Below are positions 26,327 to 43,235 of a stretch of 64,000 nucleotides of DNA, one piece after another. Origin of the DNA: Octopus vulgaris. Lineage: Eukaryota. The DNA lies in contig OX597818.1 of NCBI GenBank assembly GCA_951406725.2, forward strand, positions 123,504,001-123,568,000. Reading direction: 5' to 3'. The first letter of the stretch is position 1, and each line of letters opens with the position of its first letter. A program made the position numbers and the translations under genes. Below the pieces are notes generated by a model. It saw only the letters and a list, made by a program, of their open reading frames with translations, made no database searches and was not told the DNA's origin.

Positions 26327-27373
26327 AGGCACATGTATGTGAAGATGTGTTTAAGAATATATTGTAAATTATATACATTCATTCTCATAAAAACGTATTA
26401 CATACATATATATACATATATATCAATACACACCTACACACGCATTAAGTAGAAAGAGGGTTTTTTTCAACATGTTAAATGTGAATGGAGTACATGCTTC
26501 TGTCTAGTAAATTCTGTTATTGTTGAAGATTCTCTTAGCTACACTCTTAACTCTGGAGAATTTTCAGAAATGGATTAAACTCAAAAAAATTCTATGAAAT
26601 CATAACGATATTCTGTGCACAACAACACACGTAAGGAATTACAAGGACAACAACAACAACAACAGCAGCAGCAGCAGCAGCACCAACTGCAATTGTTTCA
26701 TCAATAACTCAGTTGTCATCGTCGTCATCGTTAACGCCATTAACAGCAATAATAACTACACAACAGCAAAACAAGAAAAAGGATGAGTACTATAAAAGTA
26801 TCTATGAGCGTGTGAAGAAAAATTGTCAAAAGATTTTCACTGTTGTTTATTATACAAATATGAAATTTGAAAATTTAGCTAAATTGAATTTTAAGCATGA
26901 GATACTGAAATGCTAGACAACTTATGATGTATCCCAAAGAGATGAAGCTATGCGGTGATGAATTATTTTGAGACATGTGACGAAAAGAAGGAGAGAGAGA
27001 GAGACAGAGAGACAGGGAGACAGCGAGTAAGACAGAGAGGACAAGAGACAAAGAGAAAGAAAGAAGTTGAGAGAGAGAAATATGAAGACCTGAGGAATAT
27101 GAAGCGGCATTTCGAAAAACCATACGATATATGAAAGCGCTTGTGTGGCTGTGTAGTTATGACGCTTACTTCCCGAACATGAGATCTTGGGTTCAAGTGT
27201 GCAGCTCCGTTGGGCATGTGCCTTCTTCTGTGATACCGAGCCGACTAATAGCTTGTGAGTGGATTTGGGGAGACAAAACTTGAAAATCGCCTGTCACACG
27301 CGCACGTACGCACACACGCAGGCACAGACAGACAGACAGACATACAGACAGACAGACAGATAGATAGATAGAC

Positions 27374-27427
<54 letters not shown>

Positions 27428-27432
27428 CAGTC

Positions 27433-27475
<43 letters not shown>

Positions 27476-27480
27476 TAGAT

Positions 27481-29759
<2,279 letters not shown>

Positions 29760-29783
29760 AGACAGACAGACAGACAGACAAAC

Positions 29784-29881
<98 letters not shown>

Positions 29882-30356
29882 TTGATTGATTGTTTGATAA
29901 ATAGATGTGTGTGCGTGCGTGCGTGTGCATGTATTAATGTATGTGTAGGTATGAGTGTTGAGTGTCTTTATGTTTATGTCTGTCCACAAATCAGTGGTGC
30001 TGATGTATTTAGTTTCCGTCCAGTAGCAGTTCGGTAAAAGTGACAGATAGAATAAGTGCCAGGCTTAAAAAATTATTTACTGATGTCGAATGCTCAAGTG
30101 ATCCCTTCGAAGCTTGCCCCAGCATGGCCAAAGTTCAATGACTGAAAAAGATAAAAGATATATATCTTATACTGGAGCCATAAATGCTTGAAGACAATGT
30201 TTTGGCAGAGACGAAGTAACGTGGATTTGTCTACTGGAATTTCTTAGTAAGGAAGCCCCTAAGTAATCGTTTGACCCCTAGAAATCGCAACCAGGTTGCC
30301 GGTTGCCCCCAATTATATAGTACATCACCTTGAGGAGGTCTTTCCCTTTTATGGAA

Positions 30357-30732
30357 GCACTCCGTTGGTTACGACGATGAGGGTTCCGGTTGATCCGACC
30401 AACGGAACAGCCTGCTCGTGAAATTAACGTGTAAGTGGCTGAGCACTTCACAGACACGTGTACCCTTAACGTAGTTCTCGGGGATATTCAGCGTGACACA
30501 GAGAGTGACAAGGCCGGCCCTTTGAAATACAGGTACAACAGAAACAGGAAGAAAGAGTGAGAGAAAGTTGTGGTGAAAGAGTACAGCAGGGAGCACCACC
30601 ATCCCCTGCCGGAGCCTCGTGGAGCTTTAGGTGTTTTCGCTCAATAAACACTCACAACGCCCGGTCTGGGAATCGAAACCGCAATCCTACACCGCGAGTC
30701 TGCTGCCCTAACCACTGGGCCATTGCGCCTCC
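30357..30732 (-). mobile_element. SINE family C with RTE-like tail
   Basis: Same head as 6151-6455, but the tail ends CCTCATCGTCGTAACCAACGGAGTGC. Confidence 0.8.
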
Positions 30733-30842
30733 ACCCTTGAGGGGGTAATGATTCATTGTATAGTGCAGTTCTACATCTCAAAACTGCTACTGCAGAACTT
30801 CATATTCAGAACTTCCACCGTCTAACTTTCCAATTTTGGGAT

Positions 30843-31258
30843 TAGGCGCAGGAGTGTCTGAGTGGTAAGTAGCTTGCTTACCAGCCACATGGTTCCGGGT
30901 TCAGTCCCACTGCGTGGCATCTTGGGCAAGTGTCTTCTACTATAGCCCGGGCCGACCAAAGCCTTGTGAGTGGATTTGGTAGACGGAAACTGAAAGAAGC
31001 CTGTCGTATATATGTATATATATATATATGTGTGTATGTGTATATGTTTGTGTGTCTGTGTTTGTTCCCCCAACATCGCTTGACTACCGATACTGGTGTG
31101 TTTACGTCCCCGTAACTTAGCGGTTCGGCTAAAGAGACCGATAGAATAAGTACTAAGCTTACAAAGAATAAGTCCTGGGGGTCGATTTCCTCGACTAAAG
31201 GAGGTGCTTCTGCATGGCCGCAGTCAAATGACTGAAACAAATAAAAGAGTAAAAGAGT
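30843..31258 (+). mobile_element. SINE family B, full length
   Basis: Near-identical to 14721-15145. Confidence 0.88.
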
Positions 31259-31702
31259 ATTATTTTTGAAAATTGTTTATTTTTGAAAATTTCTGTTAGT
31301 TATACATTGGTGATTACGAATCAGAATAAAAGAATTGTTGAAAAATTGAAAACTTAAACTTTAAATTCATCTCCCCGCTGGCGATATAAACAACAGTGCA
31401 CTTTGCACCAAAAGCCAATATGAGAGTGTATCTTATGGAATCTATCACGGTATAGTTTGTTCTATCAGAACATCCAAGTTTAAGTGGGAGTAACTATTAT
31501 CTCTCGGTATTATTAATACTGACTCTGTTGCTAATAAATATTTCTTTTTAATGTCATTGTTTCACTGCCACCAACCATTTTGCAATCAGCGGTAACTTTT
31601 CATATTGACATTTTGGGTTGGGAAATAAATACGCGACATAATACGCATAATACATTCACAGAAACACAGACGTGTGTTCGTGTGTGTGTGTGTTCGTGTG
31701 TA

Positions 31703-31733
<31 letters not shown>

Positions 31734-32167
31734 GTAATATTTTTTCCAATCTGGAAAACCTAACACCAAGTTGGTGTCGTTAGCGCGTCGGTCAGAACAC
31801 TTAACGTTATTTTCTTCCGGTTCAACGTTCCGAGCTGAACCTCACACGAGGTAAACTTTGCCTTCAATTCTTTTGCGATCAATAAGATGAAATAGTAGTG
31901 AAGTACTGGCGGAGCCGATGTAAATTGGCTTGTCCCGTCCTCTCAAAATTGCTGTCTTTCTGCAAAAATTACAAACTTATAAAACCATGAAATCAGCACC
32001 GTACGGCAATTTATGGATAATTTAGGATGTACGGTGTATATTTTAAACAGGCATACAATTTCTTTAGAGCTGTAGTGAAAAATTTAACTTATCAGAGCAA
32101 GATTTATTAAAACGCTATAAATACCTTGCATTCAAAATCATTTGGGTGTGTATAAACTTGCACATAA

Positions 32168-32243
32168 TACATACATACATAATCACACTCACACATACAT
32201 ACATACATATATACATACATGCATACATACATACATACATACA

Positions 32244-32276
<33 letters not shown>

Positions 32277-32715
32277 GCATACGTACGTACATACGTATAT
32301 ACATACATACATACATACATACATGCCTGCATACATAGATACATACATACATATATACATACATACATATATACATACATACATACATACATACATACAT
32401 GCATACGTACGTACATACGTATATACATACATACATACATACATGCCTGCATACATACATACATACATACATATATACATACATACATATATACATACAT
32501 ACATACATACATACATACATACATACATACATGCATACGTACGTACATACGTATATACATACATACATACATACATACCTGCATACATAGAAACATACAT
32601 ACATATATACATACATACATATATACATACATACATACATACATACATACATACATACATACATACATGCATGCATACATACATACATACATACATACAT
32701 ACATACATACATACA

Positions 32716-32745
<30 letters not shown>
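32168..32745. repeat. (TACA)n microsatellite with higher-order repeats
   Basis: A variant block TGCATACGTACGTACATACGTATA recurs at ~32276, 32400 and 32532. Confidence 0.9.
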
Positions 32746-32746
<1 letters not shown>

Positions 32747-32747
32747 C

Positions 32748-33240
32748 TCAATGATTTGGGATTGAGGAGAGAAACTGTGCAGAGTTCTGGAAATTAGCTG
32801 CCCAGCGGATGTTAACATAAAGCTGAAGATTAGTGGAAAAGAGAACACCAATGCAAGTTCAGGTTTATACCTGTAATTATTGGGGCTCTGGGATATGAAA
32901 CACACTGCCTAAATACCAATCTTGAGGAATTAGGCTTCTCAAAACCAGAAAGGAGAAAGCTAATTCGAAGACAATAGATCAAATTCATCACTGGAACTGT
33001 AAAAATCTGTAAAACTTTCCAGAAGTTAATAATTTAAGTATATATGAGCATGTCTAGACATGCAACTATACGCATGAGAATGCATACATAAAGCAAAACA
33101 TACAAATCTGTATATATACATACATACAAAAATGCCCTGTTGAGGTTGTTGAAATTCCAATGAAGGAGCATTGGATCTAGATTAGATATCGGCTCTTTCT
33201 CTGTTGGCAAGAACTCTTGAAATAAAACTGAATAATAATA
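32748..33240 (+). mobile_element. RLE-type non-LTR retrotransposon 3' fragment within (TACA)n
   Basis: MIWD*GEKLCRVLEISCPADVNIKLKI..FIPVIIGALGY..TGTVKICKTF. Its 3' UTR recurs inverted at ~37672-37800. Confidence 0.75.
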
Positions 33241-33272
33241 TATATACATACATGCATACATACATACATACA

Positions 33273-33305
<33 letters not shown>

Positions 33306-34538
33306 GCATGCATACATATGTACATACACACATACATACATACATACATACATACATACATACATACATACATACATACATACATACATACATCTTTTAT
33401 CTTTTACTTGCTTAGACCATACTGGGGTATTGCCTTGAAGAATTTATAGTCGAAGGAATCGATCCCAGTACTTACATTTTAAAACCAGGTACTTATTCCA
33501 TATATACGACGGACTTCTTTAAGTTTCCGTTTAAATCCATTCTCGAGGCTTTGGTCATCCCAAGACAATAGTAGAAAATATTGCCCAAGGTGCCACACAC
33601 TTGGACTGTAGATGGGAGGCAAGATATATGTATACAGAGAGAGAGGCGGGAGGAAGAGAAGGCGATATATGCAGATATACGGAGAAGCAGATTGTGAGAA
33701 GAGAATGAGAGATATCAGATCACAGACATAGGAATGTATTGACTGAAATAAATACTGAGCAAACAATAAAAAAGAACTGAAGAAGTTATAGTTTTATAGT
33801 ATTCATAATTTTCAATATTTATTTTCTATATCACAATAATATACATATAGTTTTTTTTTTTCATGTAAATAAAATTTTAGTCTCGGAATTGTTATTATGA
33901 TATGAAATATTAATAATTTAAAAAAAAAAGATGAAACATTCAAGCAATGATATATTGATTGAGAAAAAATATACTTTAATACTAAGGTAAAAACTTAATT
34001 CCCTGGAAACTTAGCAATCTTTTACGACGTAAATTAAGAGTTAATATTCAACGAATTGGAGTCTCTGAATTGGTTTTAATTCTTGATTGATATCATTTCC
34101 TGTCTGTAATACTTCTTGTATTCTGTATTTCTAGATATATGTACCAATTATAGATTGCAGTTTTTTGCTACAATCGGGGCCTTAAAGGTAACTTATACAG
34201 TTCGGTTTTAGTGTCTTTCCTCATCACTGGTCATTAATGTTGGAGAATGACCGAAAGAGTACAATCGCGAATACAAGCGGCCGAAATGCCGTTCCTCCGT
34301 GGACTCTCTCATGTAGTGTTACTCGACAGAGTACGTAGCTTGTATATCAGGGAGTCTCTCTCCAAGCTGGTCTGCTATCTCTCTATATTCAGAGGTAGTA
34401 TGAACATGTGATTAGAATTGTTTCGCAGGGTACAATTGCAAGATGGATTCTTCAAGCCAAGCCAAGAGGCAGAAGACCTAAGGGTAGCTCAAAATTGAGA
34501 TAGCTGGACAATATCCTAAAATATATTATATACCAATA

Positions 34539-34571
<33 letters not shown>

Positions 34572-35689
34572 TGTTGTGTGTATGTATGTATATTTCACAG
34601 ACAAAGCAGCCTCTTCGCAACCATCCAGCTACAGGCATGTGCACACACGTGCGCAAATATACACATATATAAACTTACAGTACGTGTATGCATGTATGTA
34701 CATATGATACATAGGGGTAACGATTGATTATCGTTATGAAAGATGTTTCCTCTTATAACTAGGCTACGAATATTCAATGTCAATTATAATTATTGATATT
34801 TTGTTAAAATACTTGATTATTATAATACTCGTATTTACTCTGCGCTTAAGTGTAAAAGTTTTCAAATTTGTTTTTTTTTCTTCATTTCGAGATAACAGTG
34901 TTTTTATATTATAGAATTTGCAAGCAATCATAAATAATCAACCTCACCTCACAACTACTTTCGACATAACATATAACATATTTTTTTATTGTAAATCTAC
35001 TCTACCTTCTATGGTAGACTACCTTCGATTTTCATTGGCTTATTAAGTTATTAGGATCTGTCATGATTAATTGGTCTTTATTCCTTGTGACTCAATCAAC
35101 ATAGAACTACACTGAGAAGTATATGATGAAGTCAAATGTGTTTCCTTTGCCATTTCTGTTGATTCAATCAACAGTATTCACAGCCGTATCGTCTATGCTT
35201 CTTATCAACTATGCAGCCGTATCGTCTATGCCATACACATTAGAGTTTCACAATATTATTTTAGGGAGTTTCTGCAAAAGCAAAATACAATAGGTAGTCA
35301 ACAAGTCTAACACTGAACGAGCGTCTACGAGACCTCTCAACTTGCTAGAATTGGTAGCCAAATATCCTCGAATCACCCGTTCACATCTTCGCCATAAAGA
35401 AAGGGATCATTTCAAAGGAGACTTTAAAACATCGATGGTGTGAAAAGGGCTTCTCGATAATATCTTGATATGGAGTTAAACAACACCACCTCCTCCAAGA
35501 AAAAGAACAACAGCAACAACGCAACAACAACGGCAAATTGCTAGGACAATTCATATAGGAAATGAATTTTAAAAGATCGTGTTCAGCTGCTATTTAATTT
35601 GTTGGCTGATTTAATGTCGCATCTCAACGATTTCAAACTTGAACTACGAAGTGATTGTAAACGACATATCCTCTTCAGGGAAAGATTTT

Positions 35690-36210
35690 CGACATGAATT
35701 AACCTTTTTGCACTCCCATCTTAACTTCAATCACTTTACCTGCTATGAAAAATACAACCAAGAATCAAATACATCACTTCCTTTTGAATTCACTCTAAAT
35801 GTTTACAATAGTTTGAAGCAACAGTTTCAGTGACGCTTTACAGATCTTTATGAAAATGTCAAAGTATCAAAAGTCTTTCAAAATCTATTTGACTGCATCT
35901 TCGAGGAACTTCTGTTAGACTTCAACTGAAAGTTATTGACCTGCAGTCAAATGATTTGTTAAAAGGCAAGTACAAAAATGTAAACTTAATGTAAAATTCC
36001 TTCCAGATGAAGGAGATATTTCTGAATTAATTTTTTTTTTTTAATTGGAAATGTGTTTCCGTATTTGACACAATGCATTTATATGAAAAAATAAATACAT
36101 ATTCAAAAATTAAGTTTATTAGATTCGTTTATTTTTCAGTCTTAAATGGCTGCCATTTGCAATTAGTTTTGTTTATAGATTACGAGGAATCATAAACTTT
36201 GAACCACAGT
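35690..36210 (+). pseudogene. hAT (Charlie/SPIN-like) transposase C-terminal relic
   Basis: LKQQFQ*RFTDL..FQNLFD..QLKVIDLQSNDLLK, followed by a decayed dimerisation region. Confidence 0.6.
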
Positions 36211-38891
36211 TAAATAGCCATCCGGCAGGAGACCTATAGGTAGATCAAGAATGAGATGGTTGAATAATAGCATAGTTTCAATTGGTCACGCTTGAGTATC
36301 CAGCCGGAGAGTCTCATGACCATTGCTTCTGGTAGGACACTGTTTTGGAGCTTAAAGATACTACTCACACGACCCTCCCTGGAATACTGGGCGGAGAAGG
36401 TGGATGAATGAACGGATTCAACGATATTTTGTCATGCAGTCATCTACACACGTTTTTTTTAAATAAGCAATTAAAAGAACCAGGCCATTTCCATAGCCTT
36501 GGTTTATAAGGATTTCAATTTTTGCCGCCCTGAGTCACAAAACACAAAGATTTCGAGTTTTTCTGCCTCCAAAGGAACATACCAACCTCTTGTTTACATG
36601 GAAGTTAATCTTCATTTTATAAGTGTCTTACTTTGTACTTCAGTCACCATTTTCTAAATCGTAGTCGTAAATGATTATATTTACTTGCAAATGTAAAAGT
36701 AACGCCCGAAGAGTTAAGGAAATGTATTGTGATACATGATGGAATATCAGAAACAGCTAATCTCGTTTAAATAAATTGTAAACTACAAGGGAAACAACAC
36801 ACACCACATCTTCAAAGGATCAGACGTTTGTAAGTGTTCTGTTTGGTACAATATGTCAGCTACATAAATAGAACTTGCGATTTGATACAGTACATCTCTT
36901 ATATTATAGTGGGTATTTTCACCAAGCTAAAAGAGAAAGTAACTTTAAATATCTGATCAATAAAAGCTACATCGTTGCTGCGAGCGACTGCTACGAAATC
37001 AAATGTGTTGCGTATACTACATCGGTGTGAAAGATAACAAAACCCGCCGCCAGATATGTCGAAGTTAATACGATTTTACAATGCTGTCCATACGAAAGAT
37101 TGACTTGCCTGGAAATACAAACCTAACGTTGATAGATGTTTATACAGGTCTTTATGCAAAAATAATTTTAGAAAATTTCACCAAAAATACTTGGTTGAAT
37201 TTGCAACATAACTAACAAGGTTTTACGGAACGGAGTACAGTTATAAGAGATGTATTTGCGGCATTTATAAAGTATCGCGTTCATTGGTATGACTTTCTTG
37301 CCAAAATGTTCTAAATGAGAACATCTATGATGAGCATATAAGATACCCACAACGAACTTAACCTGAGTCTAATTATATATATATACGCCATGATAGATCG
37401 TTAGCCACTACACACATTTTTTTCTCTCCTTGTTTCTCTCCTTGTTTTTTCTGTGTACCTTTCTGTAGAAAACGTAAAAAGAGTTTTTCTATTCCTGAGC
37501 GTTATACTAATACATCTATTTGTTTTGTACATCACCTGTCTTCGTCTTTTGTTTCATTCATAAACTTTCCATATATATATATATATATATATATCCTGCC
37601 TACACAACTATATACCCAGATTGGTAGTCATTGAGTGAGTGGGTGTATATGTATTTTATATGTATGTAAGCCATTGCTCAGATTCATTTCAAGATTTCTT
37701 GACAATAGAGAAAGAGCCGGTTTCTAGCCTTGATCCCAAACTCCTTTATAGGAATTTTCAACATCAACAACAGGGTATTTTTGCATGTATATATGTTTGT
37801 ATGTATGTATGTATGTATGTATGTATGTATGTATGTATGTATGTATGTATGTATTTACGTATGTATGTACGTGCGTAAGTATAAGGTGAGTTGAAGTGCT
37901 ACATCTGTGAACGTGCTTGCGGATTGGAACAAGTTCTGAAGAGTCCCTCACAGGCATATGGTCGTGCAAGGTTCTATAAAGGAGTGGCACTCTTTTTACA
38001 AGAAGGAGCAATCAGCAATTGGCTTGTATGTATGTATGTATGTATGTATGTATGTATGTGTGTGTGCATGTATGTATGTATGTATGTGTGTGTATGTATG
38101 TATGTATGTATGTATGTATGTATGTATGTATGTATGTATGTATGTATGTATGTATGTATGTATGTATGCATGTATGCATGTATGTATGTATGTATGTATG
38201 TATACATGCATGTATATATGTATGTAAACTTAGATAAACTTAGATACGTTTCGACCAAAGATTGGTCCAGGCCATGTCTAACTTAATAGCACCACCTGAT
38301 AGGATTATTCGAATCCTGTTTAAGGCAAGTTTTGTTTAAGTCAAGTTTTGTTCAAGTAGTGAGTTCTTGTTGGGTGAGTTGTATCAAGTTTTGTTCAAGT
38401 AGTGAGTTCTTGTTGGGTGAGTTGTATCCCATTATGGGTGGCTTATCTGGTATTATGTATGTATGTATGTATGTGTGTATGTATGTATGTAGAAAGAGTG
38501 TGACCGAATGTATAGTCCCTTGTCCGATCTAGTTGAGTGCCATCTTGGGCAAATGTTATTTTCTATAGCCTCAGTCAGCCCATAACGTGTACATGAAATT
38601 ATATAGAAGGAAGCCTCAAAGAAGTTGCCTGTTGATTGTTACTTTCATCTCTCTACTAACGTTTATCTCTATTAATGTTTATTTCTACTAATGTTTATCC
38701 GTTACGTACCATTGGCCAATAAGATATTTCTGGATTCTTTTCTTTACATTTTGTGAGCCAGTCAATGTTCGTCATCTCATTCAAACACCCTATAAATTTA
38801 TCTTCAATTTTCAATAATCTTTCTCAATTTGAGGACGGGTAACTCGGTATTAAAGTTTGCAAAACTTCAGCTTATATATATATATATCGTT

Positions 38892-38947
<56 letters not shown>

Positions 38948-39064
38948 CATACTTGCTTCTGCAAACACATAATATATATATATATACATAGTAACATGCA
39001 AACAACATTAATGTTTATTGAGAAATATTCCCGAATTAGTAGCTTTTATATATTCTAGGGGGTT

Positions 39065-40222
39065 TTAATTTTGGCACAAAACCAGTAATTTCGTGGGCTG
39101 GGGCTAGTCAATTACATCGACTCCAGTGTTCAACTAGCATTTATTTTATCGACCCCCAAAAGAAAGATAGCGTCGACGTCGACTGAATTTGAACTCGAAA
39201 AGTAAGGACGGATGAAATGCCGCGAAGCATTTTGCCCGAAGTGATAACGATTATTTCTTTATTGCCCACAAGGGGCTAAACATAGAGGGCACAAACAAGG
39301 ACAGAGAAACGGATTAAGTCGATTACATCGACCCCAGTGCGTAACTAGTACTTAATTTATCGACCCCGAAAGGATGAAAGGCAAAGTCGACCTCGGCGAA
39401 ATTCGAACTCGGAACGTAACGACAGACGAAATACCTATTTCTTTATTACCCACAAGGGGCTAAACATAGAAGGGACAAACAAGGACAGACAAACGAATTA
39501 AATCGATTACATCGACCCCAGTGCGTAACTGGTACTTAATTTATCGACCCCGAAAGGATGAAAGGCAAAGTCGACCTCGGCGGAATTAGAACTCGAAACG
39601 TAACAACAGACGAAATACCTATTTCTTTATTACCCACAAGGGGCTAAACATAGAAGGGACAAACAAGGACAGACAAACGAATTAAATCGATTACATCGAC
39701 CCCAGTGCGTAACTGGTACTTAATTTATCGACCCCGAAAGGATGAAAGGCAAAGTCGACCTCGGCGGAATTAGAACTCGGAACGTAACGACAGACGAAAT
39801 ACCTATTTCTTTATTACCCACAAGGGGCTAAACATAGAGGGGATAAACAAGGACAGACAAACGAATTAAATCGATTACATCGACCCCAGTGCGTAACTGG
39901 TACTTAATTTATCGACCCCGAGAGGATGAAAGGCAAAGTCGACCTCGGCGGAATTAGAACTCGAAACGTAACGACAGACGAAATACCTATTTCTTTGTTA
40001 CCCACAAGGGGCTAAACACAGAGGGAACAAACAAGGACAGACAAACGAATTAAATCGATTACTTCGACCCTAGTGCGTAACTGGTACTTAATTTATCGAC
40101 CCCGAAAGGATGAAAGGCAAAGTCGACCTCGGCGGAATTAGAACTCGGAACGTAACGACAGACGAAATACCATCGCTAAGCATTTCGCCCGGCGTGCTAA
40201 CGATTCTGCCAACTCGCCGCCT
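39065..40222 (-). mobile_element. Five-unit 184-bp SINE A tandem array adjoining an older SINE A copy
   Basis: Unit starts at 39252, 39436, 39620, 39804 and 39988; one head at ~40172-40222. Confidence 0.92.
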
Positions 40223-41035
40223 TTGAATCTTCGATCTTATAGTCGTATGCTCAACACTGACTACTAGACGACGCGCCTTCACAGAAAAGATGACGTAAAT
40301 AACAGCTATAAACAAAAGAACCGAAACATAAATTTATGCCTTTGTATGAACAGTTATTTCGTCACACAGCTGTATTTCTTCTGTTGTGAAAGAAACATTA
40401 GATAAATCTAACGATCTCACTCCTATATAAAAGCACAGATGATATCAACCTTGCATTCATTGTAGCATTGTACTGTACTTTTGGCTCTTCTCTCATAAAT
40501 ATCGTCGTCGTCATAGAAAAAGTTTTTACATACTTTTTTTTGAGCTAGATATTTTTAGTTGTTTCTTTTTCCGGGTAAAAGTCATTTTTTTTTTCTTTCT
40601 CTTTTATTTTTACACAGAATGAAAATGATTTATTTCCCATATAATTTAAATATTTATTGTCAAAGTGTGATTATATAAAACAAAACACTTTGCAAGATAA
40701 AACAAAAATAAAAGAAAAAATAAAACTTTCGAACAAGAAAAGAAAAGTGATTAATTAACGACTCATTCAGGGCTAATTTCGTGTAAGGGAAGCAACTCTA
40801 GCTTACAACTCCTTTCAAACCTCCTCTGTTTATCCTTCCTTCATTTTTTTTTATATTTTTACCCTTCGATAAATTAAGTGATATTAGTTTCTACTTCATA
40901 GCTGTAGCAATGAATTGGCGAATTTCTGTGATAATGCTGTAGTATCAATGCTTTAATTCTCAGTGGAATATTCATGGCGTAGCCCTCTCTTTTTGTATAT
41001 ATACATAAACAAATAATTCTTTCGAATTTTTGCAC

Positions 41036-41402
41036 CAGGAGTGGCTGTGTGGTAAGTAGCTTGCTAACCAACCACATGGTTCCGGGTTCAGTCCCACTGC
41101 GTGGCATCTTGGGCAAGTGTCTTCTGCTATAGCCCGGGGCCGACCAATGCCTTGTGAGTGGATTTGGTAGACGGAAACTGAAAGAAGCCTGTCGTATATA
41201 TGTATATATATATAAGTGTGTGTGTATATGTTTGTGTGTCTGTGTTTACGTCCCCGTCACTTAGCGGTTCGGCAAAAGAGACCGATAGAATAAGTACTGG
41301 GCTTACAAAGAATAAGTCCCGGGGTCGATTTGCTCGACTAAAGGCGGTGCTCCAGCATGGCCGCAGTCAAATGACTGAAACAAGTAAAAGAGTAAAAGAG
41401 AG
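41036..41402 (+). mobile_element. SINE family B
   Basis: Similar to the other copies, with an internal deletion. Confidence 0.85.
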
Positions 41403-42339
41403 AGTTGTATTTCGATTCCCGGAACGGACAGTACGTTTTGTTCTTAAGCAAAACACTTCATTCCACGTTGCTCCAATCAACTCAACTGGCAAAAATGAGT
41501 AAACCTGCGACTGACCGCTGTCCCATCCAAGTGCGTAATATATACGCCAAAGAAACCGGAAAACCGGTTTTATGAATCTGTATGAGGAGCTGTGTCCTTT
41601 TTGTTTGTTTTTTTCGTTTTTATTCAGCTATTTAAAGGGTATTGTTTAGTCGATTTCATCAACCTCAGTGCTCAACTGGTACTTATTTTATCGACCTCGA
41701 AAGGATGAAAGGTAACATGCACGGGATTTGCATCCATATACGCAAATAAATAATAATAATAATAATAATATTTAAAAATGCAAGGCGAAAGATTTAACCA
41801 TGAACGTTATTAGCAATAACACAGGCAATACTCTCAGACAATTTTTTCTTTCATTCGTTCTATTATAAATAATCGTAACTTGTAAATTTGTGGTGGATTT
41901 CATAATATTATTGCATAACAAAGAAAAATCAGCGAAATTTAGAACTCGGTTGAGCCTAAAAGAAAATTTCACATCTTTAGACGTTACATTTTGTAGTGTT
42001 AGCCATGGATCTTTTGATTTAAATTGTAAATAACTGAGCATGCCAAGGAGACGTGTAGCTTACCGTTATTGTCAAGCAGAATCAGTGTAATACAATGTGT
42101 GGCAAGGCTGTAGCTTTTAGGTACAGTCTCTACACAACAGTCTTCCCCACCAAATTCACTCACAAGTCGACTCGAAAATCGTATGTTTTGAGGGTTACTT
42201 CTGGCTGCCGATAGTATTCTTTCTTTATTCTGCACAACGTGGTTTTTTAGACCCAATATCGCAGCATTAGCAGTTTCTCCTGCGTTCAGTAATTTTCTGC
42301 CACCTAGGTTAGTAGAGTCGGTCGGTATTACTTTTAGGG

Positions 42340-42736
42340 GCGAGCTGGCAGAAACGTTAGCACGCCGGTCGAAATGCTTAGCGGTATTTCGTCTGCCGTT
42401 ACGTTCTGAGTTCAAATTCCGCCGAGGTCGACTTTGCCTTTCATCCTTTCGGGGTCGATAAAGTACCAGTTACGCACTGGGGTCGATGTAATCGACTTAA
42501 TACCTATGTCTGTCCCCTCTGTGTTTAGCCCCTTGTGGGTAATAAAGAAATAGGTATTTCGTCTGCCGTTACGTTGTGAGTTTAAATTCCGCCGAGGTCG
42601 ACTTTGCCTTTCATCCTTTCGGAGTCGATAAATTAAGTACCAGTTACGCACTGGGTTCGATGTAATCAACTTAATACCTATGTCTGTCCTTGTTTGTCCC
42701 CTCTGTATTTAGCCCCTTGTGGGTAATAAAGAAATA
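42340..42736 (+). mobile_element. SINE family A dimer (two young units)
   Basis: TSD GGTATTACTTTTAGGG at 42324-42339 and 42737-42752. Confidence 0.9.
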
Positions 42737-43010
42737 GGTATTACTTTTAGGGTGGAGTGTGTTGTGCATTCTGAGCAGCTTTCTAGTTCTTTTATCCAAG
42801 TTCTTTTCCTCGGCCTTTGTTCATTTCAGGGAGAGAGCAGAGTATCTCAATAGGAGCATAGCCTATATATTTATGGCTTTAATGATGTTCACGTCATTTA
42901 ATTTTGTTTTCAGCACCTTCCTAATTCTCTTTAGCACCTTCCTAATTCTCTTTAGCACCTTCCTTATACTCTTTAGTGACTCCATCTCTCATTCTTCCTT
43001 CCATTATCCT

Positions 43011-43235
43011 AGGCGGTGAGCTGGCAGAAACGTTAGCATGTCGGGCGAAATGCGTAGCCGCATTTCGTCTGCCGTTACGTTGTGAGTTCAAATTCCGCCA
43101 AGGTCGACTTTGCCTTTGATCCTTTCGGGGTCGATAAATTAAGTACCGGTTACGAACTGGGGTCGATGTAATTGACTTAATCCCTTTGTCTGTCCCCTCT
43201 ATGTTTAGCCCCTTGTGGGCAATAAAGAAAGAAAT
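43011..43235 (+). mobile_element. SINE family A monomer
   Basis: Head, core and tail present. Confidence 0.88.

Noticed and set aside
38341-38426. 43-bp tandem duplication (also 21-bp x3 at ~42910-42975)
   Set aside because: Real but ordinary local slippage duplications.
39252-40171. CRISPR-like regular array
   Set aside because: Whole units repeat with no unique spacers; SINE-derived; eukaryotic context with no cas genes.
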